Shown piece by piece: positions 25,088-35,723 of a stretch of DNA of 64,000 bases; position 1 is the first letter of the stretch, and every line of letters begins with the position of its first letter. Position numbers and translations under genes: made by a program. The DNA comes from Octopus sinensis (lineage: Eukaryota): assembly GCF_006345805.1 (NCBI RefSeq), contig NC_043024.1, forward strand, positions 18,104,001-18,168,000, given 5' to 3'. The notes below the pieces were generated by a model, which saw only the letters and a list, made by a program, of their open reading frames with translations, was not told the origin of the DNA and made no database searches.

Positions 25088-26300
25088 TTGCAAAGGGAAC
25101 CTACTTTTCATTGACAACCGGTGATTGTCACGTGCGTCGTTGAAGTGTTGTTTTTTGCGGAGTTGGAGTTTATGATATTGTGAGTTGCAGAAATTGTTAT
25201 TAGAAATTTTATTGTTGAAAGTACTATTGTAGTTGAATTTTGAAAATTATTTTGTAGCTACCCTTTGTGGGTATGCAAACAAGTTACGCCCAGGCAGCAA
25301 GCAAAAGCCTGTCGGCCGACATGTTGCAGCTGAAAGAATTGAGAAGGAAGGTTTGAAGAAATATTTCGAAAATTTCAAGAAGGAGGGTGATTGCTTACAG
25401 ATCACACTGCCGGAGGAAGACGCAGAAAAAGCGAGGAAAAAGATTATTGTATATAGAACGTGGAGTGTGGCCAACAAGAAAATAGAAGTGGAAAAAGTTG
25501 AAGAAAAAAACGGCAGAAAGAAAGAGAACAAGGGTGGAGTCACCACCAAAAAGCCCAAAGAAAAGTAAAGTAGAAAATGAAGGAAGAAAGACAACAGCAA
25601 GGGGAAAAAGTACAGAGATTCAAACCCAGGAACTGAAGACAATGACAGGAAGTAAAGAAGGTAAAACCAGAAAAGAGAAATGCGAAGAATGGATGAGGAA
25701 GGTGATGGAGAGAGTAAATCATGTAAAACAAACAGGACGACCTATGGGAGAGAATGTAAGAAGGTTAATTTTGTATGAAAAATATGGAGATTAAAAAAAG
25801 ATTAACAAAAACAAAAGGACTGATATGAGTGAAATTAGAAAACGACATGTTCGAACCAAGCGCTAGAGCGATGTTAATAGAAAAAGAAAAAATAGACAAA
25901 TTGGCAGAGACATTTAAAGGAAAGATTAAAGTAAGTAAAATAGACGTTCGCTATGATAGCCTGCCCAACGTGATTGGGATGGAGGATGTTATCAAACATA
26001 TATCTAATGGATAAGTGGAACAGTTGCAAAATGTATAAATGAAACTGCAAGCTTAAGGGACTCGCAAGCCATTCCATTTCCCATTACACATAACTCATTT
26101 CATATTCATTATTTGTTTTATGTACCCCAAATTTTGTATTGTTTTGTATGTAAATTGTAATGTCCTTTTTATATTCAGGCTACATGCCTATAATAAAGAG
26201 AAACCGGTGATTGTCACACACTGATGATGGGTCAATACTCAGAAACTCGAGTCCGTGTGTATCATAGGTTGAAGATGGGAAGGATGGCTTCCCTTTGCAA
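25088..26300 (+). mobile_element. Unclassified 1.2-kb element: imperfect inverted ends, decayed K/E-rich RRM-like ORF, 3' hammerhead
   Basis: ttgcaaagggaa (25088-25099) and ttccctttgcaa (26289-26300) form a perfect 12-bp inverted repeat. A 16-bp direct repeat aaccggtgattgtcac lies at 25116-25131 and 26202-26217. ORF pieces at 25233-25568, 25498-25794 and 25829-26014. AATAAA at 26192. Hammerhead at 26215-26259. Confidence 0.6.
26215..26259 (+). ncRNA. Minimal type-I hammerhead ribozyme motif
   Basis: cacaca-CTGATGA-tgggt(caat)actca-GAAA-ctcgag-TC-cgtgtg. Core is intact, stem II has 5 bp, stem III ACTCGAGT is a perfect palindrome, and the GUC triplet predicts cleavage after 26253. Stem I has 5 bp plus an A.C mismatch at the core-proximal pair. 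Confidence 0.75.
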
Positions 26301-26422
26301 TTATTGATAGGGCACAAAAGTGTGTCAATAGCCAGCTGGAGGAGGTGTCCTCCTGGGGCTACAAGCTACAGTAGCATCCACACTTAGGCGTTAGCTACAT
26401 TTAAGTGGCAAATATACTTCAT

Positions 26423-26463
<41 letters not shown>

Positions 26464-29400
26464 CCATTGTCATCATCATTATTATTTAATGTCCACTCTG
26501 CCATGTTTATATGGATCAAACATAATTTGTTGAGATGGATTTTCTATGGCAGGGTGCCCGTCCTATTGCCAACCCTCATCTTTTTCAAGCAAGGTAATAT
26601 TTTCCCAATGCTAGCCATAATTTCACAGAAGATTAGAAATGGAGATTACTACTGGCACGGCATTGAATCTCACTTAGGACTATCTTGTGATGTCAAGGCA
26701 AGGAGAGAGTAACACACTTGCACACACAAGCATGCTCAATATAATAGGTTTCTTTCAGTTTCCATCTACCAAATCTATTCACAAAGTTTTCATTGGTCTA
26801 TAGCTATAATGAAAAAAAGAAAACACTTACCCCGGGTACTTAACTGAAAGATTTTATTGTGTCTTCAATTTCATTCTATGGTGAAAATTATTAAAATTAT
26901 AACACTCATTATGTCTTTCACATTGTTCCATACATTCAACCTTTTGATACCAAATTTCTGTTGAGATACACAGCCTTTTCATTTCCAATAAATTTTTTTT
27001 TTAATATAAAAATTTATTAAAATAACTTTTTCATTATTAAGTTGGAAACAAATTAACATGAAATATAGGTGCAAGAGTGGCTGTGTGGTAAGTAGCTTGG
27101 TTACCAACTACATGGTTCCAGGTTCAGTCCCTCTGCATGGCACCTTAGGCAAGTATCTTCTGCTACAGCCTCGGGCTGACCAAAACCTTGTGAGTCGATT
27201 TGGTAGACGGAAACTGAAAGAAGCCCATCGTATATGTATGTATGTATGTGTGTATGTATGTATGCATACATGCATGCATTCATGCATGTATTTACTTGTT
27301 TCAGTCCTTTGACTGCAGCCATGCTGGAGCACCACCTTTAGTCGAGCAAATCAACCCCAGTACTTATTCTATCGGCCTGTTTTGCCAAACCACTAAGTTA
27401 CGGTGAAGTAAACACACCACCATCGGTTGTCAAGCGATGTTGGAGGGACAAACACAGACACACAAACATATACACACACCTACATACATATATACAATGG
27501 GCTTCTTTCAGTTTCCGTCTACCAAATCCACTCACAAGGCTTTGGTCAGCTCGAGGCTATAGTAGAAGTCACTTGCCCAAGATGCCACGCAGTGAGACTG
27601 AACCTTGAACCATGTGGTTACTTACCACAAGCTACTTACCACACCCACTCCTGCACCTATATATATATATATACATATGTATGTATATATGTATGTGTTT
27701 GTGTGTGTGTGTTTATCACCCCATCGCATGACAACCAATGCTGGTATGTTTATGACCCTGTAACTTAGCGGTTCAGCAAAAGAGACTGATAGAATAAGTA
27801 CTAGGCTAACAAAGAATAAACCCTGGGATCGATTTGTTTGACTGAAACAAGTAAAAAGAATGAAATTTTGAATGGAGTGTTTTAATTTAGAATACTTTAA
27901 GGCAGGACATTTCTATCCTAGAACCAGGGGTGAGGGCAGTCTCAGGAAAGGCTGGGAACAAAAGGGTTAACCCTTTTGTTACCCTATTTCTGTTGAAATA
28001 CATGTTATTAATCTGGTGTTTGGAAAATAAATTAACAAGAAATTTTAATGGAATGTGTTAAATTTACATCACTTCAATACAGAAAGTCTGTCTGAAAGGA
28101 GTAGAGACAGTCCCGGATTATATTCAGTTTAAAATACTCTGACTTTGTCTTAATATATTTCAAAAGTAGTAAAAGAACTGAAGATAATTTCGTCGTTAAT
28201 TAAGCTGTGTTGTAAGGAACAAATTAACATGAAATTTTTATGGGAGGTTTTTATTTAGATCACATTAATAGAGGGCATGGATTGGATGGTTTGACATGTT
28301 CCAATGAGCTGCAGAGCATCATCAAGCTTTAATACCTGCTTCGACATGGTTTCTACAGCTGGATGCCCTCCCTAATGCCAACCACTTACAGAAAGGCCTG
28401 GGTGCTTTTCATGTGGCAACAGCACTGGCCAGGTCTGCTTTGGCATGGTTTCTACAGCTGGATGCCCTTCCTAATGCCAACCTCTTTGCAGTGAGTATCA
28501 GGTGTGTTTTTTTGTGATGCCAACACTAGTGAGGTCACCAAGAAACACACAGGACAAGATTCCTCCACTGAATGGGATGTAATACAGGGAGAGGACAGAA
28601 GAGGGAGATTCAGCAGTTATTTCTAGTTGATCAAAAAGCCAAATTGAAGCTCTGTCACCGACTTATAAGTTGTTGTAGAAACAATGTCATAATATACCAA
28701 GGAGTACATTATCCAAAGTAACCTGTTTTTAAGGGAATAGACTATATCATTTGTGGCTGATTTGGTTGCTCTTTCTAGCATCCCAAGAGACTGCATGCTC
28801 TCTAATTTGTTGGCTCCTATATGTGGGTGGGTGTATGTATGTGTGCATGGATGTGTATTCTTTTATTCTTTTGCTTGTTTCAGTCATTTGACTGTGGCCA
28901 TGCTGGAGCATCACCTTAAAGGGTTTTAGTCAAACAAATCAACCCTTTTAAGCTTTCTGTTGGGCTCTTTTGCCAAACTGCTAAGTTACAAGAGCATAAA
29001 CACATCAGCACCAGTTGTCAAACAGTGTTGGCGGAGACAAACACTGACACACACACACACACACACACACATGATGGGCTTCTTTCAGTTTCCATCAACC
29101 AAATCCACTCGTAAGTCTTTGGTTAACCCAAGGCTATAGTGGAAGACACTTGCCCAAGGTGCCATGCAGTGGGACTGAACCCAGAACCATGTGATTGGGA
29201 GGCAAGCTTCTTACCACACAGCCAAACCTGTACCTTATATATGTATGTGTATATGTGTTTGTATATATATATATATTGCTCTTGCACGTGCAGCTGTGCA
29301 TGTACGTGTGTGTGTGTATGTGCATATAACTCTGTGCACTTGCATGTGTGTGTGTGTGCATCTGTGCCTTCATATGGTAAAAGTTTACGAAATAATTTTG

Positions 29401-29486
29401 TTTCTATGTATTTCTCTAATAATCCCTGTATATTTCTGTTTTTCTTTTCTTTCTATATCCTACCCTTAACCCTCAACACTTCACAG

Positions 29487-29656
29487 ACTGGCCACACCAC
29501 AAATTACTAGAGAAGACCCTTTATTTTCAAGTGATTGACTATGACAGATTCAGCCGAGATGACCCGATCGGAGAAATTACCATTCCTTTGAACGAGGTGG
29601 ATCTTACACAAAAAAAAAGCACATGGCGGTTTCTGGAACCATGCAAAGAGAGTAGG
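29487..29656 (+). CDS. SYT7: Internal coding exon of a synaptotagmin, end of the C2A domain, synaptotagmin-7-like
   Basis: Acceptor ...cacttcacag|AC at 29486/29487 and donor AGTAGG|gtaagt at 29656/29657. 170 nt, phase 1 start, phase 0 end. Translation xD-WPHHKLLEKTLYFQVIDYDRFSRDDPIGEITIPLNEVDLTQKKSTWRFLEPCKESR matches my recollection of vertebrate Syt7 C2A ([41 protein letters not shown]), including the Ca2+-binding DYD...D aspartates. Paralogue assignment is from memory, not a search. Confidence 0.9.
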
Positions 29657-31029
29657 GTAAGTGTACAAGAAATGTTTGTTACTTTCTTCTGCTATAAGGC
29701 TGTGGCCATGCTGGAGTACTTAACCACTTCTGCTGGGTTTACACTTCCACAAAACAAGGAAGAGGGAAGGCGTTCTTTTATTGATGCTTGGAAAATGTTG
29801 TTTTTGTTTTTTATTACGGGGGGGGTGTATATTGTGAAATTTATGGGGATTATGCATGAGCTCTATTGTTAATTATTATTATTATTGAGTGAGAAGGCAA
29901 CGCATGCCATCAAAGTGACCCTGAGGTACAAATATACAAACCCCAATATACCCATCGTGACTACCCATGCGAAAAAGGTACATCAGGCACATGCACCACA
30001 ACCATGTGTGCGTGACATGGTAGTTTCATATCAAGATAAACAGCACATAACCTTACATATGGGGGCCAGTTGGAATTTTCTTCAGATCAAGAAGCCCATA
30101 TTGTTTAAAAGTTCTGTGAATAAGTTTTGTTTTAAAGATGACAAACGAAACAGCCATGTTTCCAGAGGTGAAATATTCAAACCCCAAAGAATTCCTTTCA
30201 ACACATGGCTATGATGCCCCCCTCCACTTCTTCTGCTTATGATCAGAGAAGCACGTATTATATTGTCGGCCACCAAGGAACATGCTCAACTGGTTAAGGT
30301 CAATCAACTGACAATCCATTAAGATCAGAAGCCATGAGCACCATTTGGAGCTTCAAGAACCATATTTTCAAAGTCTTGTATTAAATATACTTTGACCATT
30401 CCTTCTCCACCAACATCACATCATTCTGTGTTACATTTCCAGCAATAATTATAGATTGGTTGTCTTCTGTCTGTAGACAAACCATTCCAGTTTATGTTCT
30501 TCACTTAGAAAGTGGTTTTCACACATTTGACTATCATCATCATCGTCGTTTAACGTCCGTTTTCCGCGCTAGCACGGGTTGGACGGTTTCGACCGGGGTC
30601 TGGGGAGCTCGGGACTGCCCCAGGCTCCAGTCTAGTCTGGCAGTGTTTCTACAGCTGGATGCCCTTCCTAACGCCAACCACTCCGCGAGTGTAGTGGGTG
30701 CTTTTTACGTGCCACCTGCACAGGTGCCAGAGGGGTCTGGCATCGGCCACGTTCGGATGGTGCTTTTTATGTGTGGGGGGGGTGCAGAAATAGAGGGGAG
30801 CACCAGTGGGGAGGGGGGTGGTCAGAGAAATGATGACAGGTTCTAGGCAAGTAGAATGTAGGATATCGAGAGAGGGGTAATGCATGGTGAAATAGCGTAT
30901 TGAAGAGGGGGGGTTCGAAGAGTAGACACCTATAATGGTGGTGGGAGAGAAGCGACATCCGGTATAGATGGAGCCAAATATAGAGATATCCGGTATGGTG
31001 GTGGGGTGGGAGGGCTGGCGCACCGCGCA

Positions 31030-31283
31030 TTGGGAGATGAGGTTTTAGGCGGCAGAAAGAAGACAGGATTGAGATGAAATGCTTTGCGGTGGTGTGAATA
31101 AGTTTTTGTGAGTGAAAGTTTTTATGCTTCAGCTAGCATTTGAGACGAAAGACAACGATAACGCTATTAGATGGGGATACAATAATAATAAGGCTTGCAA
31201 AAACAATGAAAAGAGGAACAGGTCGGGAACTTAGGTAATGTTTTTCATCCTGCGGAAGCGAGTGAAGGTGAGATATATACCGA

Positions 31284-31335
<52 letters not shown>

Positions 31336-31672
31336 GAGAGAGAGAGAAGAGAGAGAGAGACAGTGAAAACAGAGGGAAGAACCGACACCACATAGCGAGA
31401 GAGAGAATTGGGAGATGAGGTTTTAGGCGGCAGCAGAAGAAGACAGGGTTGAGATGAAATGCTTTGCGGTGGTGTGAATAAGTTTTTGTGAGTGAAAGTT
31501 TTTATGCTTCAGCTAGCATTTGAGACGAAAGACAACGATAACGCTATTAGATGGGGATACAATAATAATAAGGCTTGCAAAAACAATAAAAAGAGGAAAC
31601 AGGTCGGGAACTTAGCTGATGTTTTTTCATCCTGCGGAAGCGAGTGAAGGTGAGATATATACCGAGAGGGAG
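31030..31672. repeat. ~260-bp direct duplication (31030-31290 and 31408-31672) separated by (GA)n
   Basis: ttgggagatgaggttttaggcggcag...gagatatataccgagaggg occurs twice with few differences. Confidence 0.9.
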
Positions 31673-31756
31673 ATATATATATATATTATATATATATATA
31701 TAGATATATATATATATATTATATATATATATATATATATAATACATATATATATA

Positions 31757-31805
<49 letters not shown>

Positions 31806-32062
31806 ATATACATATATATATATATATATATACATATATTATATATATATATTACATATATATATATATATTATACATATATATATATATATATAATATA
31901 TATATATATACATATATATATATCTATATATACATATATATATATATATATACATATATAATACATATATATATACATCTATATATACATATATATATAT
32001 TATATATATAATATATATATACATATACATATATATACATATATATATACATATACATATAT

Positions 32063-32120
<58 letters not shown>

Positions 32121-32520
32121 CTATACATATACATATACATATAATATACATATACATATATATACATATATACATATAATATATATACATATATATATAC
32201 ATATATATATACATATATATACACTATATATATACATATATATACATATATATACATATATAATACATATATATATACATATATATATACATATATACAT
32301 ATATATACATATATACATATATACATATATATATATATACATATACATATAATATACATATACATATATATATACATATAATATATATATACATATACAT
32401 ATAATACATATACACATATATATATACATATATATATATAATATACATATATATATATACATATACATATATATATACATATACATATATATATACATAT
32501 ACATATATATATACATATAC

Positions 32521-32551
<31 letters not shown>

Positions 32552-32575
32552 CATATATATATACATATATATATA
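31673..32575. repeat. ~900-bp (TA)n/(TATACA)n microsatellite block
   Basis: Directly visible low-complexity tract. Confidence 0.95.
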
Positions 32576-35555
32576 GACCGGAGTAAACACATAAATGTGA
32601 AACAAGGTGGAAAAAAGAGTACTCAAATACCAGTGGTAGAGTAATATGCTTTATTTTAAGCAGCAGAAAATTCAACAAAATCTGTTACTCTGAGTTTCTT
32701 GTTGCCGTTCATCAGACAGTTTTTGCTAGAATGGAACATATATTAATTCAATCTATACTCTTACAAACGCTACACCTTTAAAAAGAAATGGACTTGTTTG
32801 ATTGGCCTTTAGAAAAAACGGTCAATCTTCGAGCGATAAACAAAAAGATCAAAAATATATGTATTATATATAAAAAAACTTATAAAAATTATAAAAAATT
32901 ATAAAATCCGAGGAAAAAACCTATTGCCGTTAATGAAGACAGTACAAATTAATGCATAGAAATTAAACCTGTTATAAATACTGCAATACATATTTATATT
33001 AAAATCCACATATATATATCAACATACACAAAAGGATGCGCGTAAACGCCATACATACATATACAGACGTATGAATATGAATCTAAATTATACACATAAA
33101 AGCATGTGTACATATATTCACGCAAACCGTCTCGCACGCAAGCTAAAATTCATCTATGTAGCAATTCTCATATACTGAGCAAGGAGGGGGAACGAAAGAA
33201 AGGGAAGAGAGAAAAAGGAACGAAAGAGGGGGGGGGGGGGAAACTTGTAGCGATGTTATTGGCATCTATAGAGGCCCGTATACATACACAAGTTTGAATT
33301 GATACATATACATACCGTCGTGTGTATGCGTGCTTAAGCACAAGCATACTTTCACTTACACATACACAGATACGCATGCTTACAAATACATATGCTTTGC
33401 TATACACAAACTTATATAAACATTCTAAATTTGACAACATTGCTTTTTTAAAAAAAACATTGCTTTTAAAAAAATGGGTGCATTAATAAAAATATATACG
33501 AAAGACATATAAAATAAAATATAACATCCTATTTTGGGTCATTTATAAATAATCAAGGTAATATAAATAATCAAGGTAATCCTATGCAATACAATAACAT
33601 GAAAACAAAGTTTGTAGGTTTTTCCTAATATATATGTAGAAACAATAAGACTTGCTATAGATCCGTCGTAGCGCTTAAGAGTCAAAATCAAAATCAAAAA
33701 TCAAAATACAAAATATATACTCTATCCATATGGTATATTTATATTCGACATTTTAAATTTAGCCGCGTGCCTACATAAGTTCATTAATCACTTCTTTGAT
33801 TCAAAGAATTATTGTCTTTGAATAATATGTGCATTTTTCTAATAAGCAAAGCTTGCACTTGAAATTATATTTGTAAGCTCCATGCCTGTATGGTGCCGCC
33901 CTGTCCAGAATGCTCCATGTCACGTTGAAAGGTGGGGCTTCCTTTTCTTTTAGTTCCCAGACATATTTTGCTAGGCTGGTTTTCTTCCTATTCTCTGGGT
34001 ATTTAAAAGAATTCTATGAGAATAAAATCTTGTTTTAAATGAATTTTCTGAAGCCCCTGTGTATGTCTTGTATTCCGATGAGCCTTCCACTTGCACCTTG
34101 GCTCTATAAACTACTCCTTTCACTAGACATTTCCCTTCTAACGGACAGGAGCTTTCGTTTTTGAAATTACATTTCTTAATGGGCTCGGCACCATGTCTAA
34201 TCTCAATTAGCTTCCTATTATGTTGGCTATGTAAGAGGCGAAATTTCTGCAACAAGAATAGCTAACCTTCAGGGTTCTTCTATTAAATATTCTGTAGAAT
34301 TTATGACCCTGCTAAAATGCTTAGAGTCTATCTCAAAAATTCCTTACCTATATTAGTCTTTACGGCCAAATTGAAAGCCGGGTTGAACCACAAAACTTTC
34401 CTGGTCCTAGTTCTTCGTGCAGCATTATTATTAGCATTAAGCTGGTTGAACTGGATCTTCTCCGAGAATCCACTATTCTTTAATGCGCTATCGTAATAAG
34501 GTGCAGCATTATGGAATGCTGCCTCGTCCGAAGAAATTGAAGATATTCTTCTACCTACATTGCTGACTAAGTTGCTAAGGATAACTGGTGGATGGTTCGA
34601 ATCTTTGTTTTCATGTTATTGTATTGCATAGGATTACCTTGATTATTTATATTACCTTGATTATTTATAAATGACCCAAAATAGGATGTTATATTTTATT
34701 TTATATGTCTTTCGTATATATTTTTATTAATGCACCCATTTTTTTAAAAGCAATGTTTTTTTAAAAAAAGCAATGTTGTCAAATTTAGAATGTTTATATA
34801 AGTTTGTGTATAGCAAAGCATATGTATTTGTAAGCATGCGTATCTGTGTATGTGTAAGTGAAAGTATGCTTGTGCTTAAGCACGCATACACACGACGGTA
34901 TGTATATGTATCAATTCAAACTTGTGTATGTATACTGGCCTCTATAGATGCCAATAACATCGCTACAAGTTTTCCCCCCCCCCCACCCCTCTTTCGTTCC
35001 TTTTTCTCTCTTTCCCTTTCTTTCGTTCCCCCTCCTTGCTCAGTATATGAGAATTGCTACATAGATGAATTTTAGCTTGCGTGCGAGACGGTTTGCGTGA
35101 ATATATGTACACATGCTTTTATGTGTATAATTTAGATTCATATTCATACGTCTGTATATGTATGTATGGCGTTTACGCGCATCCTTTTGTGTGGTTGATA
35201 TATATATGTGGATTTTAATATAAATATGTATTGCAGTATTTATAACAGGTTTAATTTCTATGCATTAATTTGTACTGTCTCATTAACGGCAATAGGTTTT
35301 TTTCCTCGGATTTTATAATTTTTATAATTTTATAAGTTTTTTTATATATATATACATATATTTTTGATCTTTTTGTTTATCGCTCGAAGATTGACCGTTT
35401 TTTCTAAAGGGCCAATCAAACAAGTCCATTTCTTTTTAAAGGTGTAGCGTTTGTAAGAGTATAGATTGAATTAATATATATGTTCCATTCTAGCAAAAAC
35501 TGTCTGATGAACGGCAACGAGAAACTCAGAGTAACAGATTTTGTTGAATTTTCTG
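32576..35555 (-). mobile_element. 5'-truncated Penelope-like retroelement with inverted pseudo-LTR arms
   Basis: Arms 32664-33610 and 34603-35555 are near-perfect reverse complements. The spacer carries a decayed minus-strand ORF end: NKDSNHPP, APYYDSALKNSGF, WFNP, KVSYSC, CPLEGKCLVKGVVYRAKV..KTYTGASENSFKTRFYSH (GIY-YIG-type endonuclease), TSLAKYVWELKEK, CKLCLLEK. Each arm holds a hammerhead-like motif, and both ends abut (TA)n. Confidence 0.85.
35494..35543 (+). ncRNA. Minimal hammerhead-like motif in the PLE pseudo-LTR (mirror copy on the minus strand at 32676-32725)
   Basis: caaaa-a-ctgt-CTGATGA-a-cg(gcaa)cg-a-GAAA-ctcagag-TA-acag-a-ttttg. Stem III is ACTC-A-GAGT and the triplet is GUA. 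Stem II is weak (2 bp with A.A closure) and weaker still in the left copy. Confidence 0.65.
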
Positions 35556-35559
35556 TTAC

Positions 35560-35594
<35 letters not shown>

Positions 35595-35688
35595 ATTTTA
35601 ATCCAAACGGGAAACAAAAAAAACAACAACAATGGAACAATTACAGTATTATTATTAATAGGCGCTCAGGAAATATGGAAGCAGGAAG

Positions 35689-35723
35689 GTATGACGTTTC
35701 GAGCGGAGCTCTTCGTCGGAAAC
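35689..35723 (-). ncRNA. Variant minimal hammerhead-like motif (core CCGACGA)
   Basis: Minus strand gttt-CCGACGA-a-gagc(tcc)gctc-GAAA-cg-TC-atac, with ACGT palindromic stem III and a GUC triplet. It lies in a probable further PLE 3' region (~35640-36430). Confidence 0.5.

Noticed and set aside
29531-29872. 113-aa ORF as a stand-alone gene
   Set aside because: The real coding part is exon 29487-29656. The GTG start is internal, and the sequence after the gtaagt donor is intronic read-through.
30420-30477. LCYISSNNYRLVVFCL, superficially like the next synaptotagmin exon (LCYNPS...)
   Set aside because: In-frame stop, no GELLLS upstream and no suitable acceptor. Chance similarity.
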